In this document: positions 34,150-42,941 of the stretch, piece by piece
Numbering within the stretch: position 1 is the stretch's first letter
Layout: each line of letters begins with the position of its first letter
DNA from: an uncultured Microthrixaceae bacterium
Lineage (GTDB): Bacteria; Actinomycetota; Acidimicrobiia; Acidimicrobiales; DATDAH01
Length of the DNA stretch: 64,000 nucleotides
Direction of reading: 5' to 3'
Assembly: GCA_964635055.1 (NCBI GenBank)
Contig: CAZWMT010000006.1
Span: forward strand, 70,896 to 134,895
Made by a program: the position numbers and the translations under genes
Notes under the pieces: model-generated
Told to the model about the DNA's origin: nothing
Database searches by the model: none
Seen by the model: only the letters and a program-made list of their open reading frames with translations

Positions 34150-34203
34150 CACTGGTTCCGACTCCGTCGGAACGGCTTCGCCATCGGGGCTCGTCGGCGT
34201 CGG
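34150..34203. repeat. Family-B element, partial copy (B6), filling the gap between convergent stops
   Basis: CACTGGTTCCGACTCCGTCGGAACGGCTTCGCCATCGGGGCTCGTCGG. It starts 1 nt after the TGA (34147-49) and ends 2 nt before the kinase stop (34205). It aligns with 58648-58700. Confidence 0.8.
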
Positions 34204-34204
34204 G

Positions 34205-35383
34205 TCAGTAGCCGAAGGGCACCAGCAGTCGCCCGTCCACCCAGGCCTCCCAGCCGTTGGAACAGCGGATGTGGGCCCAGTCGCCGTGCCAACCCAGCAC
34301 CCCGACGTCCAGGTCGGGGTCGAGGATCGCGGTCACCGGCAGGCGCAGGTCGGGCCCGGCCCACGCGTGCATGCCGGTCCAGGGCACCCGGTGGGTGGGC
34401 TGGTAGGTGTGCGAGGGCGACGCCACCGTGGCGTAGCCGGCATCGGCCACAGCGGTGTTCGAGGTGATCACGCGCTCGACCGCGGTGGCGGCCAGCCCCC
34501 CACCGTCCACGTCCTCGGCGGTCCGGGGAGGCGCCACCCCGTCGGCGGGCGCCACGTCGAGGCGGCGCGACAGCTCCTGGAGCGACCGGGCCACCTCCGC
34601 CACCGACGACGGACGTCGGGCCGCGTCCTTGGCCATGGTGGACCGCACCAGCGTGGCCACCTCGTCGGGCACGCCCGACGCCCGGAGATCGGCCGGCTCC
34701 TCGTCCAGGATGCGCCGGAGCAGCGACGGGAGGGCCTCGTCGCGGTGGGACGGGAAGGGCGGTCGCCCGCTGATCAGCTCGTACAGGGTGGCCCCGAACG
34801 AGTAGATGTCCGAGGCCGCCGAGGGTGAGTGGCCGTTGATCACCTCGGGCGGCGCGTAGAGGAAGCTGGCGGTCACCCCAGCGGTGTGGGTGGTCTGCTC
34901 ACCGGCGATGCGAGCGATCCCGAAGTCGGCGAGCTGCGGGGAGCCGTCGGCGGTGGTCAACACGTTGGCCGGCTTCAGGTCGCAGTGCGTCACGCCGGCG
35001 TCGTGAGCTGCCGCCAACGCCCCGGCCAGTTGGCCTCCCACGCGGAGGGTGTCGGCCCAGCCCAGCGCGCCGGTCCGGGCCAACCGATCGGCGAGTGAGC
35101 CGCCCGAGAGGTACGCCATCACGAGGTAGGGGCGGCCCTCGGCGTTGAAGCCGGCGTCGTGCACCGTGACGATGCCGGGGTGCTCGGACAGCACCCCCAG
35201 TGCCTCACATTCGCGTTCGAAGCGTCGCCGGGCCCGGTCGTCGACGTCGACCGTGATCACCTTCACCGCCACCGGCCGTTTGAACGCGGGCTGGAAGGCC
35301 TTGTACACGACCGCGAACCCGCCCGAGCCGATGCGCACCGGGTCGGAGAGCCCCGGGATCCCCAGATCCGTCGGGTCGGTCAC
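34205..35383 (-). CDS. Ser/Thr protein kinase with C-terminal SH3-like domain
   Basis: GTG start at 35383. 'IGSGGFAVVYKA', 'VAVKV', 'HCDLKPANVL', 'DFGIA', 'YAPPE'. C-terminus 'GWHGDWAHIRCSNGWEAWVDGRLL'. No TM segment seen. Confidence 0.9.
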   Translation of the reverse strand: MTDPTDLGIPGLSDPVRIGSGGFAVVYKAFQPAFKRPVAVKVITVDVDDRARRRFERECEALGVLSEHPGIVTVHDAGFNAEGRPYLVMAYLSGGSLADRLARTGALGWADTLRVGGQLAGALAAAHDAGVTHCDLKPANVLTTADGSPQLADFGIARIAGEQTTHTAGVTASFLYAPPEVINGHSPSAASDIYSFGATLYELISGRPPFPSHRDEALPSLLRRILDEEPADLRASGVPDEVATLVRSTMAKDAARRPSSVAEVARSLQELSRRLDVAPADGVAPPRTAEDVDGGGLAATAVERVITSNTAVADAGYATVASPSHTYQPTHRVPWTGMHAWAGPDLRLPVTAILDPDLDVGVLGWHGDWAHIRCSNGWEAWVDGRLLVPFGY

Positions 35384-35482
35384 GACGAGATCCTCGTCTG
35401 CTGTCCGGTCGGGGGAACCGCTTCCGTGCGACCAGGGACGTCGTGCGGCGTTGGGCGGCCGAGCGAGAGGATGGGCATCCTC

Positions 35483-36940
35483 CTAGGAGACGCTGAACTC
35501 CACAGGTGTGGAGTCGGTGCCGCCGCCGCTCAGCGTCCCACCGTCGCTGGTGACCTCTTGGCCCCCGACCAGGACGGTGAGCGTGAAGTCGGTGGTGTCG
35601 CCCAGGTTGCGTGCAAATGCCGAGTAGCTGCCCGACGGTGCCGTGCCGGTCGGCCAGAAGATGTTCTCGACGTGCGGGCCGGAGTCGGCGCACGTGCTGC
35701 CCGGGATGCAGTCCACGTCGAGCTGGCCACCGCTGGAGGACGTGGGTGAGCTGAAGCTGATCTCCTCGCCGGAGGGGTCGATGACGTGCAGGTCGACGTC
35801 GGACCCGCCACTCCACCGCAGGGTCACCTGGACGTCGCCCGTCCCCAGCACCGGGCCCTCGGTGGTGGCCGTCGACGTGTCGGGCGGGCTGCTGGTGCTG
35901 GTGGTGCCTCCCGACCCCGGGGAGTCGTCGCCTCCATCGGTGCCGGTCGGCCGGTTGAAGGTGACCGTGGTGCTCACGTTGTTGGTGATGTTGGTGACCA
36001 CGAAGATGTCGATGTTCTGCACCACGGTGATCCGGGTGATGTTGGTCGGGGAGAACCCGGTCCATCGGGTGCCGGTGAACGTGGGTGTGGACGAGGTGGC
36101 GCGGGGCTCGAGCAGGGGGTTGCCGCAGGCGCACCGGGCGCGCGGAATGCCTCGGGCGTCGACCAGCACGGCGGTGCCCGCCTGCAGCACGGTCTGGTAG
36201 GGGGTGGCCCGCCCGTTGCGGAAGCCGTGGTTGGTGACACGGGTGTCGAAGCGCAGGCGCATGGGGGTGAGGGAGCGGATGAAATCGGGGATGTCGCCGA
36301 CCGCGATGCCCTGCACACCCGCCCAGGCCCGCGCTTTGTCCTGGTTCTCGGTGAGGAAGCTGATGAGCTGCTCGCGGTCGCAGGTGGACTGGTTCTGCGT
36401 GCCGCCGTACAGACCGGGCTGCGACCCGACCTGGCTCACGACCTCGATGGAGGAGTTGTTCCCCCCGGAGCCGCCACCGGTGGCGGTGCCGGTGATGCCG
36501 GTGTCCTGGCCGGATGCAGAGACGGTCTGGGTGAACGGGTCCCGGCCGACCTCACCCGCGGGATCGAGGAAGATCTCGCCCGCGGACGCCTCGTCGTCAT
36601 CGGTCAACACGAGGACGCCGACGATGAGCAGCACCACCAGCAGGGCGGCGCCACCGAGGATGCCCCACCGCGCGCCGGGGCTCATCCCGGGCTTGCGGGG
36701 CGGCGGTGCGCCGTAGCCGGGAGGTGCACCGTAACCACCGGGGGGTCCCCCGGGAGGAGCGCCGTAGCCCCCCGGCGCGCCGTAGCCGCCGGGTGCGCCG
36801 TAGCCCCCCGGCGGGCCGTAGCCCCCGGGTGATGGATAGCCGCCCGGCGGCGGCGTGGGCGTTCCCCCCGGCGGTCCGAGCGGGCCCGGCGGCGGTCCGG
36901 AGGGCCCTGACGGCGGCCCCGACGGGGGAGGCATGGACAT
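35483..36940 (-). CDS. Single-pass membrane protein: Pro/Gly-rich cytoplasmic N-terminus, extracellular conserved domain (DUF6777-like?) and C-terminal beta-sandwich
   Basis: ATG 36940 ('MSMPPPSGPPSGP...GGYGAPGGYGAPGGYGAP'). TM 'WGILGGAALLVVLLIVGVLVL'. 'TRVTNHGFRNGRATPYQTVLQAGTAVLVDARGIPRARCACGNPL'. Tail 'VQVTLRWSGGSDVDLHVIDPSGEEISF'. Domain names are from memory. Confidence 0.7.
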   Translation of the reverse strand: MSMPPPSGPPSGPSGPPPGPLGPPGGTPTPPPGGYPSPGGYGPPGGYGAPGGYGAPGGYGAPPGGPPGGYGAPPGYGAPPPRKPGMSPGARWGILGGAALLVVLLIVGVLVLTDDDEASAGEIFLDPAGEVGRDPFTQTVSASGQDTGITGTATGGGSGGNNSSIEVVSQVGSQPGLYGGTQNQSTCDREQLISFLTENQDKARAWAGVQGIAVGDIPDFIRSLTPMRLRFDTRVTNHGFRNGRATPYQTVLQAGTAVLVDARGIPRARCACGNPLLEPRATSSTPTFTGTRWTGFSPTNITRITVVQNIDIFVVTNITNNVSTTVTFNRPTGTDGGDDSPGSGGTTSTSSPPDTSTATTEGPVLGTGDVQVTLRWSGGSDVDLHVIDPSGEEISFSSPTSSSGGQLDVDCIPGSTCADSGPHVENIFWPTGTAPSGSYSAFARNLGDTTDFTLTVLVGGQEVTSDGGTLSGGGTDSTPVEFSVS

Positions 36941-37004
36941 AGCAGGAGAAGCTTTGCAGGTTTCGCCTTCTGCCGTACCGAAAAGCGCGTGCCCCGGCCG
37001 GCGC

Positions 37005-38111
37005 TCACGCGGCGGCCGTCGCACCTCCCTCGGCAACCACACCTGGCACCACGAACCGGTAGCCCTGGCGCCTCAGGGCCGTGATCACGTAGGGCAGCGC
37101 GTCGACGGTGGCCTGGCGGTCACCGCCGCCGTCGTGGAACAGGATCACCGCCCCCGGCTCGACCGCGGCGAGCAGGGAGGGAACGAGCGTGGTCGGCGCA
37201 GGGTGCTCGAAGTCCTCGGTGTCGACGGCCCAGCCGAGGGCCCGCATCCCCTGCGCGTTGGCCGTGGCCACCACGGCGTCGGTGAACGCGCCGTACGGTG
37301 CCCGGAAGAACGCGGGCCGCCGGCCGGTGATCCGGGCCACACGGTCCGCGGTGGGCCCGATCTCCGCGGCCAGTTGCGACGCGGTGGCGCCGTCCAGGTC
37401 GGGGTGGCCCACGCTGTGGTCGCACAGGCGGTGGCCCTCGGCGGCGATCCGAGCGACGAGGTCGGGGTGGACGTCGACCATCTCACCGACCACGCAGAAC
37501 ACGGCGCGCACGTGGCGCCGCCGCAGGATGTCGAGCACCTGTGGGGTCCACTCGGCGTGGGGACCGTCGTCGAAGCTCAGGGTGACCACCCGGCCGGTCA
37601 CCGCTCGCGGCGGTACCGGCGCCGTGACCAGCGTCTGGCGAACGGTCTCGCCACTGCGGGCGCCGACGACGACCTGCCGGGCCCCGTCGGACCCGGGCCG
37701 CCACACGTGGGTCTCCACGGCCGGCAGCCCCGTTGCGGGCACCACCGAGGTGCGGGCCAGCCCGGCCTCGATCCAGTCGTGACCGTCGGAGGTGTGCAGC
37801 CGGTCGCCGTCGCGCACCGGGTCGGTCGCAACCGCAGCGACGCCGTTGCGGGTCACCCGGGGCGGGTCGACGTGATGGCCGATCACCGTGTGGGTGACCG
37901 CGGCGCGGAGGCGCCCCGCGCGAAGGTGCACACCGGCCGCCGCGAGCACCCCTGCGACGGTCGCGGGCTGGCCGACCGTGACAGGCCGCCCGTCGACCCA
38001 CGCGTGGACGGTGACGGCCGGGGGTGGGGCGACGACCACGCCGAACCCCGCCAGCGCGAGGGGCACGGTCAGCCACGCGGCGACCGACCGCCGGGCGCGA
38101 CGCCGGCGCAC
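37005..38111 (-). CDS. Polysaccharide deacetylase (NodB/CE4) with N-terminal TM anchor and DUF348-like segment
   Basis: GTG 38111 lies 10 nt after the upstream stop. 'RRRRARRSVAAWLTVPLALAGFGVVV'. NodB motifs 'TLSFDDGP' and 'CDHSVGHP'. Confidence 0.8.
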   Translation of the reverse strand: MRRRRARRSVAAWLTVPLALAGFGVVVAPPPAVTVHAWVDGRPVTVGQPATVAGVLAAAGVHLRAGRLRAAVTHTVIGHHVDPPRVTRNGVAAVATDPVRDGDRLHTSDGHDWIEAGLARTSVVPATGLPAVETHVWRPGSDGARQVVVGARSGETVRQTLVTAPVPPRAVTGRVVTLSFDDGPHAEWTPQVLDILRRRHVRAVFCVVGEMVDVHPDLVARIAAEGHRLCDHSVGHPDLDGATASQLAAEIGPTADRVARITGRRPAFFRAPYGAFTDAVVATANAQGMRALGWAVDTEDFEHPAPTTLVPSLLAAVEPGAVILFHDGGGDRQATVDALPYVITALRRQGYRFVVPGVVAEGGATAAA

Positions 38112-38121
38112 GGCGCTCAGG

Positions 38122-38526
38122 TCACCGGGGGCCGACCCGTTGGCCACAGACGGGCCAGGGGCTCGCGCCGCGCTCGTCCCAGAGCGCGCGGGCCATCGCA
38201 TCCTGCTCGACCGGCGCCGCCTTGTGGGGGCCGAGGCCCGAGAGCCAGGGGTAGTAGCGGCCGGCCACGTCGTTCCACGTGGCCCGGGAGAACTGGTAGG
38301 CGCCGAAGTAGCGGTGGTTGGCGCTCTTGGCCTCGTAGTTGTCGCCCGACTCGCACAGCCGCAGCTGCAGCAGTTGGCGGTCGGTGAGCACGTCGTGGTG
38401 CCTCGGTTCCTCACGGAGGAAGGCGGCGAGCTGGTCGGAGGTGCAGCTCGACAGGCCGAGCACCAGTGCGATCACCACCAGGATGATCCGCCAGGAGTGC
38501 GAGCACCGGGTCGTCATGGCGTTCAT
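38122..38526 (-). CDS. Transglycosylase-like (Rpf/Sps-type) domain lipoprotein
   Basis: ATG 38526. Lipobox 'IALVLGLSSC'. 'CESGDNYEAKSANHRYFGAYQFSRATWNDV'. Only the last 134 codons of the 641-aa ORF look real. Confidence 0.75.
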   Translation of the reverse strand: MNAMTTRCSHSWRIILVVIALVLGLSSCTSDQLAAFLREEPRHHDVLTDRQLLQLRLCESGDNYEAKSANHRYFGAYQFSRATWNDVAGRYYPWLSGLGPHKAAPVEQDAMARALWDERGASPWPVCGQRVGPR

Positions 38527-38640
38527 GGGCTTCCGTCGGCGGGGCCACCAGGACCTTGAGCACACGGGGCGCGGGCACCCGTGCCACCGGGCGCGAGTGG
38601 GTAGGGTCGCGGGCTGCGCCGACGGACGAGAGCGGGAGCG

Positions 38641-40098
38641 ATGAGCGACATCACCAACCACGATCTGTTGATCGGTGGGCAGCGACGCCCGGCCCGTTCG
38701 GGAGCGACCTTCGCGGTCAACGAGCCCGCCGCCGGAGCGACGATGGCCACCGTTGCCCGGGCCGGCACGGCCGACGTCGATGACGCGCTCGGGGTCGCGA
38801 CCCGGGCCTTCGACGACGGCCCGTGGCCGAGGATGTCGCCCACCGAGCGGGGCAGGGTGCTCCTGCGGGCGGCCGCGCTGCTGCGTGAGCGCAGTGAGGA
38901 ATTCGCGCTCGTGGAGGCCCGCAACGCGGGCAAGCCCATCGGCGACGCCCGGTGGGAGGTGGTCGAGGCGGCCGCCGCGAGCCTCGAGTACTTCGGAGGG
39001 GCGGCCGACAAGCTGGCGGGCGAGGTGGCCCCGATCTCGGCGCCTGGCCTGGGCCTGATCCTGCGCGAGCCGGTGGGCGTCTGCGCCCTGATCGTGCCGT
39101 GGAACTTCCCGCTGATGATCGCGACCTGGAAGATCGCCCCGGCCCTCGCCTGCGGCAACTCGGTGGTGCTGAAGCCGGCGTCGTACACACCGCTGACCGC
39201 GCTGATGCTGGGCGAGCTGCTGATCGAGGCGGGCGTGCCCGACGAGGTGGTGTCCGTGCTGCCCGGACCAGGGGGTGAGGTGGGCAACGCCCTGGTCGCC
39301 GATCCACGGGTCGCCAAGATCTCGTTCACGGGTGAGACCGGTACCGGCGCATCGATCCTGGCTGCTTCGGCACCGAACATCGCACGGGTGTCGCTCGAGC
39401 TCGGGGGGAAGTCGGCGTGCATCGTGTTCGGCGACGCCGATGTGGACCGTGCGGTGGACGAGTTGGCCGGCGCGGTGTTCGGCAACGCCGGTCAGGACTG
39501 CTGCGCCCGCAGCCGGGTCCTGGTCGAGCGGTCGGTGTACGACCAGTTCCTCGAGGCGTTCGTGAGGCGCACGGAGGCGGTGAAGGTGGGCCAGCCGCTC
39601 GACGAGTCCACCCAGATGGGCCCGCTGATCTCCGAGGCCCAACGCTCCACGGTGCGGGGCTACGTCGATGCCGGCCTGGCGGACGGCGCCACGGTGGCCA
39701 CCGGTGGGGACGAGCCCGACGACCCGTCGCTGGCCGCCGGCTCGTTCCTGCGCCCGTGCGTCCTGAGTGGGGTCGCCAACGACATGACCGTGGCCCAGGA
39801 GGAGATCTTCGGGCCCGTGGCCGCGGTGGTGGCCTTCGAGGGTGAGCACGAAGCGGTCTGCCTGGCGAACGACTCGATCTACGGCCTGTCCGGGTCGCTG
39901 TGGACCCGTGACCTGGGTCGGGCCCTGCGGGTGGCCAAGGGGGTGCGCACCGGCGTCCTGTCGGTGAACTCGAACCGCAGCGTGCACCCCCAGATGCCCT
40001 TCGGTGGCCACAAGCGCAGTGGGCTCGGCCGTGAGCTGGGCATGCACGCGATGGCGGCCTACACCGAGGTGAAGAGCGTCTACCTGTCGGACCAGTGA
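38641..40098 (+). CDS. NAD(P)-dependent aldehyde dehydrogenase
   Basis: 'VPWNFPL', 'LELGGKSA', 'FGNAGQDCCARSR' (catalytic Cys), 'EEIFGPV'. Confidence 0.9.
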   Translation: MSDITNHDLLIGGQRRPARSGATFAVNEPAAGATMATVARAGTADVDDALGVATRAFDDGPWPRMSPTERGRVLLRAAALLRERSEEFALVEARNAGKPIGDARWEVVEAAAASLEYFGGAADKLAGEVAPISAPGLGLILREPVGVCALIVPWNFPLMIATWKIAPALACGNSVVLKPASYTPLTALMLGELLIEAGVPDEVVSVLPGPGGEVGNALVADPRVAKISFTGETGTGASILAASAPNIARVSLELGGKSACIVFGDADVDRAVDELAGAVFGNAGQDCCARSRVLVERSVYDQFLEAFVRRTEAVKVGQPLDESTQMGPLISEAQRSTVRGYVDAGLADGATVATGGDEPDDPSLAAGSFLRPCVLSGVANDMTVAQEEIFGPVAAVVAFEGEHEAVCLANDSIYGLSGSLWTRDLGRALRVAKGVRTGVLSVNSNRSVHPQMPFGGHKRSGLGRELGMHAMAAYTEVKSVYLSDQ

Positions 40099-40105
40099 GC
40101 CGTCG

Positions 40106-41176
40106 ATGGCACCGGTGAACCTGCGCTTCTGCTTCTACAACGCGTTCCTGTTGCGGGCGGGGCGGCTGCCGTTGCCCGGGCCGAAGCGCTTCCTCCACTC
40201 GGTGCCGGCGGTCGACGCCCGGGCGGCCGAGTTGGGGCGGCGGTTGGCCGGACGGTACGACGTGGCCGCCCTGTGCGAGGTGTTCGACCAGTCCGAGCGA
40301 CGGGCGATCATGGCGGGGTGGTACCGGCGGGACCGAGGAGGCGACCGCGGCGGCGGAGGACGGGCCGGGCACTGGAGCCGTGGTGGGCGGGGGCGCCGAC
40401 CCCGGCTGCGCACCGCCTCGGGCCCGCCGGTGCTCACCGGGCGGATGCCGCTGGTGAAGACCAGTGGCCTGCTCACGGTGGTGGACGGCCCGCGGGTGGC
40501 GAGGACCGCCACCCACCTCTACCGGGTGCGGGGCCACCGGTTCCTCGACGCCGACGCGTGGGCCAACAAAGGGGCGTTGCTCGTCGAGGTGGACGTCGGT
40601 GCCGGCGCCAACCTCGAGGTCTACAGCACCCACCTGATCTGGGGTGGCGACCTGCTGTTCCGCCGTGAGCGAGGCCATCGCTCGGCGGTGGCCGACTACC
40701 GCCAGGCGCAGGCCCACGAGTTGCTCGACTTCGTCCGGCGGACCCACGTCGACGGCAACGCCACCCTGATCGTCGGGGACTTCAACATCGATGCCCTGCA
40801 TCCCAGCCCCGCGTACGCGGACCTGACCGCGGCGATGGGCGACGCCGGCTTCGACGACGTCTGGCTCGAGCACGGTGTCGGCCCGGGCTACACCTGCGAC
40901 GCCCGGGAGTTGGGTGACGCCATCGCTGTGCCCGACCCTGCCGACCCCGACCTGTGCCTGGACCGCGACGGCGCTGACGCCCCCGAGATCACCGAAGCCG
41001 CGAAGCGCATCGACTTCGCGTGGCTACGCCGTCCGGGCACGGGCGACGGCGTGGCCGTGGAGGTGGCGGCGATGCGCCGTGCCTGCTTCCCTCGCACCCC
41101 GGGGGTCGAGGGCTACGACGACCTGCCGTACCTGTCCGACCATCTCGGCCTGCACCTCGAGCTCATCCTGTCCTGA
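40106..41176 (+). CDS. Endonuclease/exonuclease/phosphatase (EEP; sphingomyelinase-like) family protein
   Basis: 'DVAALCEVF', 'TLIVGDFNIDA' and terminal 'LSDHLGLHLEL' are classic EEP blocks. There is a Gly/Arg-rich insert near aa 70-110. Confidence 0.75.
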   Translation: MAPVNLRFCFYNAFLLRAGRLPLPGPKRFLHSVPAVDARAAELGRRLAGRYDVAALCEVFDQSERRAIMAGWYRRDRGGDRGGGGRAGHWSRGGRGRRPRLRTASGPPVLTGRMPLVKTSGLLTVVDGPRVARTATHLYRVRGHRFLDADAWANKGALLVEVDVGAGANLEVYSTHLIWGGDLLFRRERGHRSAVADYRQAQAHELLDFVRRTHVDGNATLIVGDFNIDALHPSPAYADLTAAMGDAGFDDVWLEHGVGPGYTCDARELGDAIAVPDPADPDLCLDRDGADAPEITEAAKRIDFAWLRRPGTGDGVAVEVAAMRRACFPRTPGVEGYDDLPYLSDHLGLHLELILS

Positions 41177-42290
41177 CCCGTTGGCGGACGAGGGCCAGTG
41201 CGGCGGCGGGCAGGAGCACGGCGACGGCCAGTACCGCGAGAGGGGCGAGCCACGGCGCGAAGGGGCCCGCCGGCCGGTCGTCGACCGCGGGTCGCGCCGG
41301 GTGCAGTGCGGCGGCGGCGGTGACCGCCGCGTCCGCGTCCACGAGGCCGGCGCCGAGCCGCGGGTCGTCGTCGGGGTTGCGGGCGGTGGTGATGAGCGTC
41401 TGGCGGACCTCGTCGGCCGAGAGGCCCTGGGCGAGGAGCAGGGCGGCGACGCCCGAGACGTAGGCCGCCGACATCGAGGTTCCGTCCATCGTCTCGTAGC
41501 CGTCGGTGCCGGTCGGCCACCGCATCGTGGGCGCGCGGGGGGCGGACGACACGATGTCGGTGCCCGGCGCCGCCAGCGCGCTGGGGTCGCCGAAGGTGGT
41601 GAAGGGCGCCGGGTTCCCCGAGCGGTCGGTGGCGTTCACCACCAGGACGGGCACGGTGGGCCGGTACGCATCCTCGTCGATGGCCTCGTTGCCGGCCGCG
41701 GCCACCACGACCACCCCCCGGGTCACCGCGTTGCGCACCGCTCGGCTGAGCGGCCCGTTCTGGAAGAGCGCAGGAGCGAGACCGTCGCCCCCGAGTGAGA
41801 GGTTGACCACCCCGGCCCCGTGGGCGACGGCCCAGTCGACGCCGTCGGCGATGGTGCGAGGTGACCCCGACCCGTCGGTGCGCAGCACCCGGATCGGGAG
41901 CAGCCGCGCCTCGGGTGCCGCGCCGGTGACCCCCTCGCCGTTGCCGCTCGTGGCCGCGGCGATCCCGGCCACGTGGGTGCCGTGTCCGTTGGGGTCGTCG
42001 GGGTCGTCGTCGCCGTCGACCAGGTCGACACCCGGCTCGACGTGGTCGATCAGGTCCGGGTGGGTCGGGTCGACACCGGTGTCGACGATGGCGATCAGCT
42101 GGCCGGCGCCGCGGGTCTGGGCCCACGCCTGGGGCAGGTGCAGGGCGTCGAGTGCGTACTGCTCGGACCGCAACGGATCACCGGCACGGCTGCGGCTGTC
42201 GAAGCGCCCGGTGCGGGCGGGGGCGGGCGTGGCGAGGAGGAGCAGCCAGATCGCAGTGACGAGCAGCGCCGAGGCGAGCCGACGGCCCAT
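41163..42290 (-). CDS. S8 (subtilisin) family serine peptidase with signal peptide and C-terminal TM anchor
   Basis: Triad blocks 'AIVDTGVDPTHPDL', 'HGTHVAGIAAA', 'GTSMSAAYVSGVAALL'. C-terminus 'WLAPLAVLAVAVLLPAAALALVRQRVRTG'. Overlaps the convergent EEP gene by 14 nt. Confidence 0.9.
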   Translation of the reverse strand: MGRRLASALLVTAIWLLLLATPAPARTGRFDSRSRAGDPLRSEQYALDALHLPQAWAQTRGAGQLIAIVDTGVDPTHPDLIDHVEPGVDLVDGDDDPDDPNGHGTHVAGIAAATSGNGEGVTGAAPEARLLPIRVLRTDGSGSPRTIADGVDWAVAHGAGVVNLSLGGDGLAPALFQNGPLSRAVRNAVTRGVVVVAAAGNEAIDEDAYRPTVPVLVVNATDRSGNPAPFTTFGDPSALAAPGTDIVSSAPRAPTMRWPTGTDGYETMDGTSMSAAYVSGVAALLLAQGLSADEVRQTLITTARNPDDDPRLGAGLVDADAAVTAAAALHPARPAVDDRPAGPFAPWLAPLAVLAVAVLLPAAALALVRQRVRTG

Positions 42291-42358
42291 GCTGCTCCGT
42301 CGGCGGGCGGGGACGGCGCGTGAGGGTCCGAGTCGTACCCGCCGCCGAGGGGTGGGCC

Positions 42359-42586
42359 TCAGGCGGCCTCGGAGCGGCGTGCCGGGTGGTCGTCCGCGAC
42401 GTCGACGTCGGCTCCGGGACCTTCCGCGGCGCCGGTGCGGGCCTCGCGAAGCTGGTCGAGGAGGCGCTCCCAGCGCAGCTCACCGGCCAGCCAGGCCGCC
42501 GCCTCCCGACGGCTGCTCTCGGGGGAGTTCGTGATCGTGTTCACAACCTCGACCGTACAGACGAGAACGCGTTCTAGTTCGGTCAT
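42359..42586 (-). CDS. Small hypothetical protein (75 aa), upstream of S8 peptidase
   Basis: ATG start and mostly G/C third positions. It lies 68 nt upstream of, and co-directional with, the S8 gene. No recognisable motif. Confidence 0.4.
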   Translation of the reverse strand: MTELERVLVCTVEVVNTITNSPESSRREAAAWLAGELRWERLLDQLREARTGAAEGPGADVDVADDHPARRSEAA

Positions 42587-42633
42587 GAGCGGTGATACCT
42601 GTCACACCTGCACCCGCCCCCGAGGAGCACGCG

Positions 42634-42666
42634 GAGGGAGCCTCGACGAATCGTCGAGGCTCCCTC
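42634..42666. terminator. Perfect 15-bp stem / 3-nt loop hairpin
   Basis: GAGGGAGCCTCGACG-aat-CGTCGAGGCTCCCTC, verified base by base. It lies about 70 nt downstream of the 42738 stop (minus strand) and about 50 nt upstream of the 42586 start. Confidence 0.6.
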
Positions 42667-42737
42667 GTGGTCCAGTCTGATCGTTGGTTCGTCCCGGGCC
42701 CGCCACCCCCGCCGGAGGCGTCAGGGAACCGCGACGA

Positions 42738-42941
42738 TCAGGCGGCGTCGCCTGCGGAGGGGAGGCGGACCGACGTGGCCGGGCTGACCCAACGCACCTC
42801 ACCCGTCTCCGACACCTGCAGCCGTCGATCTTGCAGCAATGCCCCCTTTGCGATCAGCGTGGAAACTCGAGGCACCATCTCATCAGCGACGTGCTTGTCG
42901 CCGATCAGAAGGTGCGTCCCCTCCTCTGTCCGCGTGTTGTC
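42738..42941 (-). CDS. Small hypothetical protein (67 aa)
   Basis: 'MDNTRTEEGTHLLIGDKHVADEMVPRVSTLIAKGALLQDRRLQVSETGEVRWVS...'. About 80% G/C at third positions, in a locally less GC-rich stretch. Followed by the strong hairpin. No SD and no family recognised. Confidence 0.35.
   Translation of the reverse strand, partial: DNTRTEEGTHLLIGDKHVADEMVPRVSTLIAKGALLQDRRLQVSETGEVRWVSPATSVRLPSAGDAA

Noticed and set aside
38527-38640. Possible cyclic-di-AMP (ydaO-type) riboswitch upstream of the Rpf-like gene, as is known for some actinobacterial rpf genes.
   Set aside because: The intergenic region is only 114 nt and is shared with a divergent gene. I could not recognise the conserved ydaO core segments. 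An Rfam scan would be needed to exclude it formally.
42680-42710. tRNA-like T-loop string GGTTCGTCC followed by ...GCCA.
   Set aside because: The flanking bases do not form a T-stem (CGTTG versus CCGGG). No acceptor, D or anticodon arms can be drawn.
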